Positions 15,406-23,403 of a stretch of DNA of 23,403 nt are shown one piece after another. The stretch comes from Pirellulales bacterium. Its GTDB lineage: Bacteria; Planctomycetota; Planctomycetia; Pirellulales; JAIMBC01. Each line of letters starts with the position of its first letter. Position 1 is the first letter of the stretch. The notes under the pieces were generated by a model. It ran no database searches. It saw only the letters and a list, made by a program, of their open reading frames with translations, and was not told the origin of the DNA. Both the position numbers and the translations under genes were made by a program. The DNA lies in assembly GCA_023511675.1 (NCBI GenBank), contig JAIMBC010000068.1, positions 1-23,403 of the forward strand. The letters run 5' to 3'.

Positions 15406-16903
15406 CGAGCGTGCGCCACAGGTTGCGGATCGCATGCCCGCGGCATCGCAGGCGATGGAGTTGCAACCGCGGGCAGGCGCGGCGGCCCGGCCGCACATTG
15501 CCGTGCTGGGTGCGGGGCCGGCGGGCGTGGCGGCAGCGTGGCAACTGGCGCGCCGCGGCCTGGCGAGGGTCACGGTGCTGGAGGCGTGCGACGCTCCCGG
15601 CGGCAACGCGGGGAGTTTCGAGTTGGAGGGAGTGTATTGCGATTACGGCAGCCACCGGCTTCATCCGGTGGTAGAGCGGCGGATTCTGCGGGATCTGCGC
15701 GAGCTGCTGGGCGACGAGCTATTGTTGCGCCAGCGGCGCGGGCTGATTCGGCTGGGGGGCCGATGGATTCGATTTCCCCTGCGGCCGTTCGATCTTGCGG
15801 CGAAGCTACCGCCGCGCTTCCTGCTGGGCGTGATGCTGGATGCGGCGCGGAGGTTCGTCCCTGGGGGGAATCATCAGCCGGAGACATTTGCCTCGGTGCT
15901 GCGGCGCGGGCTGGGAGACACCATCTGCCGCGAATTCTATTTTCCCTATGGGCGGAAGATCTGGGGAGTGGAGCCGGATGCGTTGGACGCGGCTGCGGCG
16001 CGGCGGCGCGTCTCGGCGGGGACCGTGGGCCGCATGCTGCGCAAGGTGGCGGGCCAGCTCCCTGGCCTGCGTTCGGCCATGGCGGGAAAGTTCTACTATC
16101 CCCGCCGGGGGTACGGGCAGATCAGCGATGCCTTGCATGCCGCGGCGGTGCGTGAGGGGGCCGAGTTTCGCTTCGGCGCCCGGGTCACAGCCATTGAACG
16201 TCAGGCGAACGGCGTCGCCTGCGTGCGCTTCGAACAAGGGGGCTGTGAGCAGCGCTTGTCGGCAGATTCCGTCTGGTCCACGCTGCCGCTCAACTTCACC
16301 CTGCGCTGCGTGCAGCCTGCTGCCCCGCCCGAGGTGCTCGCCGCCGCCAGCCGCCTGCGCTTTCGCGGCATGCTGCTGATTTACCTTGTGCTGGCACAGC
16401 CGCGGTTTGGCGATGCCGACGCGTATTATTTTCCCGAGCCAGACATTCCCATCACGCGGCTCTCGGAGCCGAAGAACTATTCGGGTGCCGATGCACCGCG
16501 CCACTGCACCGTGTTGTGCGCGGAACTTCCCTGCGACTCGCAGGACATGCTCTGGCAGCAAGACGACGCCAGCCTGGGACGCAGCGTTTGCCAGTGGATC
16601 CGCGCCGCGGGCCTGCCGCTGGCGGATACGGTGCGGCGGGTGGAAACGCGCCGGCTGCCGCACGCCTATCCGATCTACGACGTGGGGTACGCGCAGCACC
16701 AGCGGCGGGTGGAGGAGTGGCTGGGAGGCATCGAGGGCCTGGTACTGCTGGGGCGGCAAGGGCTGTTCGCACACGACAACATCCACCACACGCTGGCCAC
16801 GGCCTATGCGGCAGCGGACTGCCTGGGCGCAGACGGCTGCTTTGACCGGCGGCGCTGGGGCGAGTGCCTCGAGCGTTTTCAAGACCATGTGGTCGAAGAT
16901 TGA
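15395..16903 (+). CDS. FAD/NAD(P)-binding flavoprotein, a paralogue of gene 11034-12938 (Glf-like superfamily) without the membrane tail
   Basis: It has the HIAVLGAGPAGVAAAWQLARRGL dinucleotide fold. GGNAGSFELEGVYCDYGSHRLHP parallels GGLARTESYKGYHFDMGGHRFFT. The ATG at 15395 overlaps the upstream stop (TGA 15403-15405), and alternative downstream ATGs are possible. Confidence 0.8.
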   Translation: MQADERAPQVADRMPAASQAMELQPRAGAAARPHIAVLGAGPAGVAAAWQLARRGLARVTVLEACDAPGGNAGSFELEGVYCDYGSHRLHPVVERRILRDLRELLGDELLLRQRRGLIRLGGRWIRFPLRPFDLAAKLPPRFLLGVMLDAARRFVPGGNHQPETFASVLRRGLGDTICREFYFPYGRKIWGVEPDALDAAAARRRVSAGTVGRMLRKVAGQLPGLRSAMAGKFYYPRRGYGQISDALHAAAVREGAEFRFGARVTAIERQANGVACVRFEQGGCEQRLSADSVWSTLPLNFTLRCVQPAAPPEVLAAASRLRFRGMLLIYLVLAQPRFGDADAYYFPEPDIPITRLSEPKNYSGADAPRHCTVLCAELPCDSQDMLWQQDDASLGRSVCQWIRAAGLPLADTVRRVETRRLPHAYPIYDVGYAQHQRRVEEWLGGIEGLVLLGRQGLFAHDNIHHTLATAYAAADCLGADGCFDRRRWGECLERFQDHVVED

Positions 16904-18055
16904 ATGGCAGACATGAACATCCTGCAACGCATCGCACGCCACGTCCGCCTGACGCTCAAGAGCTACCGGCCTGCCAGCACGCCGCCCTTTCTGGTGCTGT
17001 TCATCAACTCCATCTGCAACATGAAGTGCGACCACTGCTTCTACTGGCAGCAGCTCAATCAGCGCGATGACTTGACCTTCGAGGAGCTGGTGCGGCTCTC
17101 GGAGGAGCTAGGACGCGTCGAAACGTTGAACCTGTCCGGGGGCGAACCATTCTTGCGCAAGGAGTTCGCGCCCATCTGCCGCCAGTTCATCCGCCGCAAT
17201 GGCGTGCAAGAGATCTACGTGCCCACGAACGCCTATTACACCGAGCGGACCGCCAGCGCCGTCCGCGACGTGTTGCAGGAGCGTTCGCTGCGGCTTTTGG
17301 CAGTGGAACTCTCGCTCGACGGCATGCCGGAGTTTCACGACACGTTCCGCGCCACGCGCCATGCGTTTGCCAGAGCCATGGATACCTATGAAGCGCTGGC
17401 AAGGCTCCAGCAGCAGGACCGCCGGCTGCAGATCCATGCCAACTCCTGCGCCACCCAGCTCAATATGGAAGAGATCAAGCGGCTGACCACCTATCTGTTC
17501 GACCGCTGCCCGCAAATCTCGCACCATAATCTGGCCATCATCCGGGGCGATCGCAAGAACCCGACCCTGCAAGGCCCGGCGCTGGAGGAGTACCGCGCCC
17601 TCTACGCCTACATGCGCCGCTTATGGGCGCCGCGCGAGGCGGCACGCCTTGGCGCCATTGTGGAACCGATGTTGCAATGGACCAAGCTCAAGGCCGCCGA
17701 GACGCAGGCCCAGTACGTGCCCTGCCGGGCTGGCGTGTTGAGCGCCGTGATCCATGCCAACGGAGACGTGGCCGTTTGCGAGCAGCGTCCGCCGATCGGC
17801 AACCTGCGGCGGCAGACGTTCACCGAGATCTGGCAGTCTCACGTGGCGCAGCAGGTGCGGTGCTCGATTCGCGCCAAGGAATGCTACTGCACCAATGAGG
17901 TCTTCATGTGGCCGAGCATCGTGTTCCAGCCCGCGCACCTGGTCAGGGCGATGGTCGGAGCGAGGGCGTGGCAAAAGGCCTCGCCGCTACCCCAGCAGGA
18001 ACGCGCCGCTTACGCGGACGCGGTCGATGTGCCCGCCAACCACAGAGCTTCCTAA
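16904..18055 (+). CDS. Radical SAM enzyme with a C-terminal SPASM/twitch-type auxiliary cluster domain
   Basis: The CxxxCxxC motif lies in [17 protein letters not shown] Gly-rich SAM motif sits in [11 protein letters not shown]-terminal Cys cluster spans ..[36 protein letters not shown]... The start ATG immediately follows the upstream stop (tgaATG at 16901-16906). Confidence 0.85.
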   Translation: MADMNILQRIARHVRLTLKSYRPASTPPFLVLFINSICNMKCDHCFYWQQLNQRDDLTFEELVRLSEELGRVETLNLSGGEPFLRKEFAPICRQFIRRNGVQEIYVPTNAYYTERTASAVRDVLQERSLRLLAVELSLDGMPEFHDTFRATRHAFARAMDTYEALARLQQQDRRLQIHANSCATQLNMEEIKRLTTYLFDRCPQISHHNLAIIRGDRKNPTLQGPALEEYRALYAYMRRLWAPREAARLGAIVEPMLQWTKLKAAETQAQYVPCRAGVLSAVIHANGDVAVCEQRPPIGNLRRQTFTEIWQSHVAQQVRCSIRAKECYCTNEVFMWPSIVFQPAHLVRAMVGARAWQKASPLPQQERAAYADAVDVPANHRAS

Positions 18056-18151
18056 CCCAGCGCCGCACGCCGTCTCGGCAACGCCTCACGCCTGGCGCCA
18101 CGCCGGGGCGGAGATAACCCTCCTGACGCGCGGCGCGCAGGTTCCCACGAG

Positions 18152-19276
18152 ATGACCACTGACCGCAACGAGGCCGAACACCTCTCCCCTGCTGGACGAT
18201 CCGCCGGCGGCGACGCGCAGCCTCTCCTCCAGGACAGCGTGCCGTCGATCACGTTGATCGATCCTTCGGTTGCAGCCAGCAACCTGGGCGACTTCATCAT
18301 CATGGAGGCCGTACGCCGGGAGCTGGCGGAGCTGCTGGCCCGGCTACGCTGTTTCACGGTGGCCTCGCACGAACGCATGACGCGCTTCAGCCGCGGCCTG
18401 ATACGCCAGTCTGCCGTTGCCATCGTGGGGGGCACCAACCTACTTAGCTCAAGAATGTGGTTCCGCTGCCCGTGGAAGCTGACCCCGCTGGACGGACTGC
18501 TCTGCCGGCGGATCGTGCTCATGGGCTGCGGCTGGTACCAGTTCCAGCGCCGGCCCGACCCGTATTCCCGCTGGCTGCTGCGGAGCATCCTCAGCGCAAC
18601 GCACGTGCATTCCGTGCGAGACAGCTACACGCTCGCCAGGCTGCGGTCGATCGGCATCACCAACGCGCTCAACACGGGCTGTCCCACGCTGTGGTCCTTG
18701 GACCCAGAACGATTGCGTACCATCCCCGTGGAGCAGGGCCATGCCGTGCTCACCGCGCTCAACACCTACTTTCCCAACCGCAGGCTCGACGGCGAGTTGC
18801 TCCAGCTCCTCTGCCGTGCGTATCGCAAGGTCTATCTCTGGCCGCAGAACCCGGCCGATTACCCTTATGTCCGGCAGTTCGGTCTGCGCATCCACTATGT
18901 CGACCCCACCTTGCAGGCACTGGACGAACTGCTCGTGCGCGAGGCAGGCATCGATTACGTGGGCAACCGCCTGCATGCGGGCATTCGTGCCCTGCAACAC
19001 GGCGTGCGTTCGCTGATTGTGGAGGTCGACAACCGCGCACAGATGATGGGGGCTGATTTTGGCTTGCCCACGGCGGCGCGGGCGGATCTGGCGGGTATTG
19101 CCCGATGGATCGAACGCTCCCCTCCGCTGGCGCTGCGCCTGCCGCGGGCGGCGATCGATGAATGGAAGCAGCGGCTTTGGGCATCGCTGGGCATCGTTGA
19201 GCCGGCTGGCGGTGCGGTGGCGCGTGCCTACCAGCCGGCGGCGCGCAGGGCGGAGTGCGGCAGCCATGATTGTTGA
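18152..19276 (+). CDS. Polysaccharide pyruvyl transferase family protein (CsaB/WcaK/ExoV-like)
   Basis: The N-terminal ITLIDPSVAASNLGDFIIMEAVRREL fits the family's NLGD motif. ..VGNRLHAGIRALQHGVRSL.. fits the C-terminal conserved block. The match rests on recall of the Pfam PS_pyruv_trans pattern. Confidence 0.65.
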   Translation: MTTDRNEAEHLSPAGRSAGGDAQPLLQDSVPSITLIDPSVAASNLGDFIIMEAVRRELAELLARLRCFTVASHERMTRFSRGLIRQSAVAIVGGTNLLSSRMWFRCPWKLTPLDGLLCRRIVLMGCGWYQFQRRPDPYSRWLLRSILSATHVHSVRDSYTLARLRSIGITNALNTGCPTLWSLDPERLRTIPVEQGHAVLTALNTYFPNRRLDGELLQLLCRAYRKVYLWPQNPADYPYVRQFGLRIHYVDPTLQALDELLVREAGIDYVGNRLHAGIRALQHGVRSLIVEVDNRAQMMGADFGLPTAARADLAGIARWIERSPPLALRLPRAAIDEWKQRLWASLGIVEPAGGAVARAYQPAARRAECGSHDC

Positions 19277-20931
19277 GGCCGGAACGCTTCAGGACGGCGC
19301 TGAGGTGGCAGCGGACGTCTGCATTATCGGAGGGGGGGCTGCGGGCATCACGCTGGCCCGCGAGCTGTCCCACACCAGATTGCGCGTTTGCCTCCTAGAA
19401 GGCGGCGGCCTGAGCTACGAGGCGGAATCGCAGGCGCTGGCAGCCGGCGAAACCAGCGGCGTGCCCTATTTCGACCTGGCGGAAAGCCGGTTCCGCATGC
19501 TGGGCGGCAGTACCTACCGTTGGGGTGCACGGGGACGCCCCATGCAGCCGATAGACTTTCAACAGCGGCCTTGGGTACCGCTGAGCGGGTGGCCGATCTC
19601 GCTAGCGGAGCTGGAACCGTATTATGATCGGGTCCACGAGCTGATCGGCTGGCACAGGCCGTTCCACTTCGACGGAGGCGTGTGGCGGCATTTCGGCACC
19701 CAGCCGCCGCCACTGGATGAGCGGAGGCTGGCATACTGTGCCTTCCAGTTTGGCAAGACGCTGCTGTTCGGCACGCACTTTCGCAAGCCGCTCGAACAGG
19801 CCGCGAACGTGCGGGTCTATCTGCACGCCAATGCCGTGTTGCTGGCAGCCAACGGAGCGGGGAATCATCTGGAAGCGGTCGAGGCGCGCAAGCCTGGCGG
19901 CAGCTTCCGCGTGCGGGCTAAGTACTATGTGCTCGCCTGCGGCGGTATCGAGAACGCCCGACTGCTGTTGCTGTCCAACGACGTGGTGCCCAGCGGCCGG
20001 TGCAACGAACGGGACCTGGTGGGCAGGTACTTCATGGAGCATCCAACCTTCACGGCAGGCGAGCTGGAGACGGCCGATCCGTGGCGCGTGCTGGATCTGT
20101 TCACGCCCGGCCTGTTGCGCCGTAGGCTGGTCGAGGTAGGCATGTGCCTTTCTCCCGAGGTGCAGGGCGCGCGACGTTGTTGCAATGCCGTTGTGCACGT
20201 CAAGCCGGTCGTTGACGGCGACGCCACGCAGGCACTGCGAGAGCTGCTGGCCGGACTGGTGCGGCGGCAGGCGCCGGACCACACGCGCCGCCTCTTGCGC
20301 ACCCTGCTACGCGACCCGGGAGGAGTGATGGCCAACCTGTTACGCCACGCGCTGGGCCGGCCCAAGCGCTTCCGCATCCAAGGGCTGCGCGCAGAGGTGC
20401 GCACGGAACAGGAGCCAAATCGCGCCAGCCGCGTGACGCTGGCTGAAGCTCGAGACGCCCTGGGGCTCCGCAAGGCGCATGTGCACTGGGTACTGTCCGA
20501 ACGAGACCGCCTCACCATGCGCGTCATGGCCGAGGTGTTTGGCCAGGAGATGGAGCGTCTCGGCCTGGGACGCCTGCTGCCAGGCGCCTGGATCAGGGAG
20601 CACTCTGAAGCCTGGCCCGCTCACCCGGGTTTGCACTACCATCACCCCCAACTCCGCCAGCCCCAACGCACAAGACAGCGGCTGGCCCCCGGACCTGGTC
20701 GGCGGCCACCACCACATGGGAACCACCCGCATGCCGCAGTCCCCGCACGATGGAGTGGTAGACCCAGACTGCCGCGCACACGCCGTGGACAATCTGTTCA
20801 TCGCGGGAAGTTCCGTGTTCCCCACAGCGGGTTTTGTCAATCCCACCCCCACCATCCTGGCCCTGACCCTGCGGCTGGCCGAGCACATCAAGCACCGTTG
20901 TGCCCTGCCAGGCGCTGACGGGGCGCCGTGA
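19266..20931 (+). pseudogene. GMC-family FAD oxidoreductase (choline-dehydrogenase-like) interrupted by an apparent +1 frameshift between about 20617 and 20700
   Basis: The N-terminus DVCIIGGGAAGITLARELS..RVCLLEGGG..RMLGGSTYRWGARGRP is GMC-like in frame 0 (ATG 19266), and that frame stays plausible to ..GAWIREHSEAWPAHPG (about 20630). The conserved GMC C-terminal block GHHHMGTTRMPQSPHDGVVDPDCRAHAVDNLFIAGSSVFPTAGFVNPTPTILALTLRLAEHI is only in frame +1 (track ORF 20479-20931). C5, C4 and C5 homopolymers lie in between (20645-49, 20661-64, 20686-90). Confidence 0.7.
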
Positions 20932-21019
20932 AGGTCGGCATGACCAGCCGCCTTTGCCTGGCCACGCCTCTACGGTGCGTGTGCGCCTTGCAGCTACAAC
21001 CACCAAGCGAGCTACGTCG

Positions 21020-22426
21020 ATGAGCATCATGTCCCAGGCAGTGGATGTATCCCAACTGCTGAACGAGGGTTCGTATTACATACTGGACCAATACGCGCTG
21101 CGCGAAGAGATGTATGCCAAGGTGGTGGACACCTTCCTGGACGGCGTGGCCGCGATTGCCGGCCGGGCGTGCCGCGATCGCGTGGCCGCAGCGGGTTTAG
21201 GACAACTGCACAGGTTTTTTCCGGTGGAGGATGTGCTGCTGCTCGAGGACTACTTGCTGCGCCGGCTGCGCAACGACCTCTATTACTGGTCGTTCCGGGT
21301 GGGGCGCGAGACTCTGGGCCTGGCTGGCACCTTCTACGTCGACTATTTGATTGTGATTCGTATCCACTATCCGTTCATGATTGCCCGGCAGGCGCGGCGA
21401 GTGAAACATCCGGCCAAGTCCCTGAAGGAGCAGGCACGTCTGCTTCTCGCCGCCGCCCGAGACTGGCGGCTGCTGGCCAATCTGCTGGGCAAACGCCTGC
21501 GAACTCTGTTTCGCAAGCGCTCCCGCAAGGACTCCGGCGCTTTCAACCCCAACGATTATCATCGCAGCCTGCCTGACCCGGCCCGCTCTCACGGCCCGCA
21601 TGTCGACACCTGGTACGGCCACTCGTACGATGGCGTCAACCTCTGGTGGGCCATCGATGGCGTCAACGAAGACAATACTGTCATTCTCTATCCCGAGGTG
21701 TTTGGACACACACTCCCCTTCGATCCGCGGAGCATGTACGTGGCCCCCGGCATCACTCTGCCCCGGCCTGTCAAGCCCGCGCTGGAGCCGGGCCAGCTCC
21801 TGGTCTTCAATCCAGAAACACTGCACGGCACGCAGGTCAATATTTCGGACCGCACGCGCGTGGTCATCAGCACGAGGCTCAACCCGGACGTGCCCCGCTT
21901 CGACCCCCACGCCCCATTTCACTTCGAACATTGGTTCAGCTCCCAAGATCTGGAGCAGCGTCGCTTCGGCAGGATCCGCGTGTTTGCACGCACCAAGTAC
22001 CAGGGACGGCGCAGGCAAGTGCGGCCGCGCGCCCCTCTTCAGGAGACCCCGGCAGCCATCGCCTGCCCGCAAAGCGCAAGGCTGGGCCAGCCGGTTCGGG
22101 TATGTGCCTCGCGCGAGCTGGAGCAGGGCGGCCGGCTGGCCGTGGACCTGGAGAACGCCAGGCTGCTGTTGGTTCGTTGCGGGAACGCCGTGGTGGCATA
22201 CTCGAGGGTGTGCCCCCATCTGGGGATCGATCTGGCCGACGGCCACTATGACGGGACACGAGTGTTCTGTCCGGGACATGGGATTGCATATTCGGTTGAG
22301 GACGGGTCATCTGGCTGTGCAGCATTTCGCCTGCGTGCGTATCACGCCTTTGAGCAGGATGGGGCCATTTTCGTGGAGCCGGCGGGGGCGGATGCGGCGT
22401 CCTGTCCGGTGGCGACGCAGGAATGA
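21020..22426 (+). CDS. Fusion protein: phytanoyl-CoA dioxygenase (PhyH)-like Fe(II)/2-oxoglutarate oxygenase domain plus a C-terminal Rieske [2Fe-2S] domain
   Basis: The PhyH-like motifs are HVDTWYGH (HxD) and later LHGTQVNISDRTRVVISTR (H..N.S..R). The Rieske motif is CPHLG, then 15 residues, then CPGHG, in ..YSRVCPHLGIDLADGHYDGTRVFCPGHGIAYS... The ATG at 21020 is preferred over the track start 20900. It has no strong Shine-Dalgarno site, so the start is uncertain (in-frame GTGs lie at 20966 and 20972). Confidence 0.65.
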   Translation: MSIMSQAVDVSQLLNEGSYYILDQYALREEMYAKVVDTFLDGVAAIAGRACRDRVAAAGLGQLHRFFPVEDVLLLEDYLLRRLRNDLYYWSFRVGRETLGLAGTFYVDYLIVIRIHYPFMIARQARRVKHPAKSLKEQARLLLAAARDWRLLANLLGKRLRTLFRKRSRKDSGAFNPNDYHRSLPDPARSHGPHVDTWYGHSYDGVNLWWAIDGVNEDNTVILYPEVFGHTLPFDPRSMYVAPGITLPRPVKPALEPGQLLVFNPETLHGTQVNISDRTRVVISTRLNPDVPRFDPHAPFHFEHWFSSQDLEQRRFGRIRVFARTKYQGRRRQVRPRAPLQETPAAIACPQSARLGQPVRVCASRELEQGGRLAVDLENARLLLVRCGNAVVAYSRVCPHLGIDLADGHYDGTRVFCPGHGIAYSVEDGSSGCAAFRLRAYHAFEQDGAIFVEPAGADAASCPVATQE

Positions 22427-22446
22427 GGGCGGCGGAGACCTGCACC

Positions 22447-23403
22447 ATGAACGGAGCCGGGCTACACGTGGGCATTGATGCCACTACCTGGTCGAACGAT
22501 CGCGGCTTTGGCCGGTTTACGCGAGAGTTGGTGGCGGCACTGGCCGTACGGCAGCGTGGCATCCGCTACACGCTGCTGTTCGACCGGCCGCCGCAGGGGC
22601 GGCTGCCCGAGGGCGTACAGGTGATCTGTGCGGGCACGGACCGTTCGCTGAATGAGTCGGCCGTAGGCGATCGCTCCCGGTCGTTCGCCTATTTGTGGCG
22701 GATGGGGCGAGCGGCAGTCCGCGGCGGATTCGACCTGTTTTTCTTTCCCGCTGTCTATTCCTACTTCCCGATCCTGTCGCGCATACCCTGCGTGGTCTGC
22801 TACCACGATGCCACGGCGGAGCGCATGCCGGAGTTGTTGTTCCCCAACCGCTGGAACCAGCGGTTGTGGCGGCTGAAGACAGCGCTGGCGCGCTGGCAGA
22901 CGGCGCGAGCCATGACCGTCTCGCGCACCTCGGCCGAGGATCTGCACCAGCTTCTCGGTATTCCCAGGGAGCGCATTGATGTCGTGACCGAGGCGGCGGA
23001 TCCCGTGTTTTGCGTGTTGGAGGACGCCACGGCGGCACGGCGTGCGCGGCAGCGGCATGGAATACCCCTTGCGGCGGAACTGCTGGTCTACGTGGGCGGC
23101 ATGAACCGCCACAAGAACGTGCTGGGCCTGTTGCAGGCCATGACTCGTGTCACTGCCGCGCGGCCAGCGGTGCACCTGGCCGTGGTGGGCGACACGTCGG
23201 GACAGGGTTTCTGGGACAACGTTCCCGAACTGCTGCGCTTTGCGCAGAGCCAGGCATCCCTGCGGGAACATGTCCATTTTACAGGCCGTGTGGAGGATGC
23301 TGAGCTGGTCGCCCTGCTGAACTCGGCCGCGGCGCTGGTCCTCCCTTCGTTGTGGGAGGGTTTCGGCCTGCCAGCCGTGGAGGCCATGGCCTGCGGCTGT
23401 CCG
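22447..23403 (+). CDS. GT4-family (GT-B) glycosyltransferase; N-terminal roughly 319 aa, running off the window end
   Basis: The ATG at 22447 lies 20 nt after the upstream stop. The open frame to the window end translates MNGAGLHVGIDATTWSNDRGFGRFTREL.. and ends ..LVLPSLWEGFGLPAVEAMACGCP, the EX7E/GT4 signature region. It is absent from the track because it is incomplete. Confidence 0.85.
   Translation, partial: MNGAGLHVGIDATTWSNDRGFGRFTRELVAALAVRQRGIRYTLLFDRPPQGRLPEGVQVICAGTDRSLNESAVGDRSRSFAYLWRMGRAAVRGGFDLFFFPAVYSYFPILSRIPCVVCYHDATAERMPELLFPNRWNQRLWRLKTALARWQTARAMTVSRTSAEDLHQLLGIPRERIDVVTEAADPVFCVLEDATAARRARQRHGIPLAAELLVYVGGMNRHKNVLGLLQAMTRVTAARPAVHLAVVGDTSGQGFWDNVPELLRFAQSQASLREHVHFTGRVEDAELVALLNSAAALVLPSLWEGFGLPAVEAMACGCP

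Noticed and set aside
12243-15446. Long ORFs 12243-14069(-), 13334-15019(+), 14341-15045(-), 14643-15446(-), 12509-13255(+)
   Set aside because: They are off-frame or antisense to the GT2, flippase-like and flavoprotein genes. Arg/Gly/Pro/His-rich low-complexity translations.
15806-17035. 409-aa minus-strand ORF
   Set aside because: It is antisense to the second flavoprotein and the radical SAM gene, which have clear motifs on the plus strand.
18449-19267. 272-aa minus-strand ORF
   Set aside because: It is antisense to the pyruvyl transferase gene, with Arg/Ala/Gln-rich junk composition.
21197-22562. ORFs 21197-22279(-), 21600-22478(+) and 21936-22562(-)
   Set aside because: They are off-frame or antisense to the PhyH-Rieske gene, whose frame carries both catalytic motifs.
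1-23403. CRISPR arrays, tRNA, rRNA, integrase/att sites
   Set aside because: No regularly spaced repeat-spacer array and no tRNA-like GGTTCGA..CCA ends were seen on either strand. The repeats I found are short duplications of 2-4 copies, not CRISPR-like.

Overview
This is a 23.4 kb window of high-GC (about 68-70 %) bacterial DNA. Many of the track's long ORFs are antisense or off-frame artefacts of the GC content. My coding calls rest on recognisable motifs, membrane-like or domain-like composition, Shine-Dalgarno sites and operon-style gene junctions. The track lists only complete ORFs, so the two genes running off the window edges (1..1314 minus, 22447..end plus) are absent from it. Layout, start to end: (1) A minus-strand unit: a partial two-domain ABC permease, an SPFH/band-7 protein with a low-complexity repeat linker and a YbjN-like C-terminus, and a coiled-coil hypothetical. 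(2) A roughly 1.2 kb stretch (3589-4819) with no credible ORF. It contains a triple direct repeat with hairpins and a 50-bp AT-rich nested palindrome (4290-4339). (3) A small ORF followed by an XRE-HTH/ImmA-IrrE zinc-peptidase fusion and a PIN-like gene, which together look like a toxin-antitoxin or mobile-element immunity module. (4) Two minus-strand genes: a Tat-signal Gfo/Idh/MocA oxidoreductase and an alpha/beta hydrolase with a GHSHGG motif. (5) A roughly 1.4 kb gene-poor, apparently decayed stretch (9545-10930). (6) A tightly packed plus-strand cluster of 10 genes (11034 to window end) that looks like a polyprenol-phosphate-linked glycan or glycolipid tailoring system. It holds two paralogous UDP-galactopyranose-mutase-like flavoproteins, one of which carries a C-terminal 2-TM domain that recurs as a stand-alone small gene. 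It also holds a GT2 DPM1/GtrB-like transferase, an LPG-synthase-TM flippase-like protein, a radical SAM/SPASM enzyme, a polysaccharide pyruvyl transferase, a frameshifted GMC oxidoreductase, a PhyH-like Fe/2OG dioxygenase fused to a Rieske domain, and a partial GT4 glycosyltransferase. This cluster is the best candidate for an undescribed system. I found no rRNA, tRNA, CRISPR array or intact transposase.
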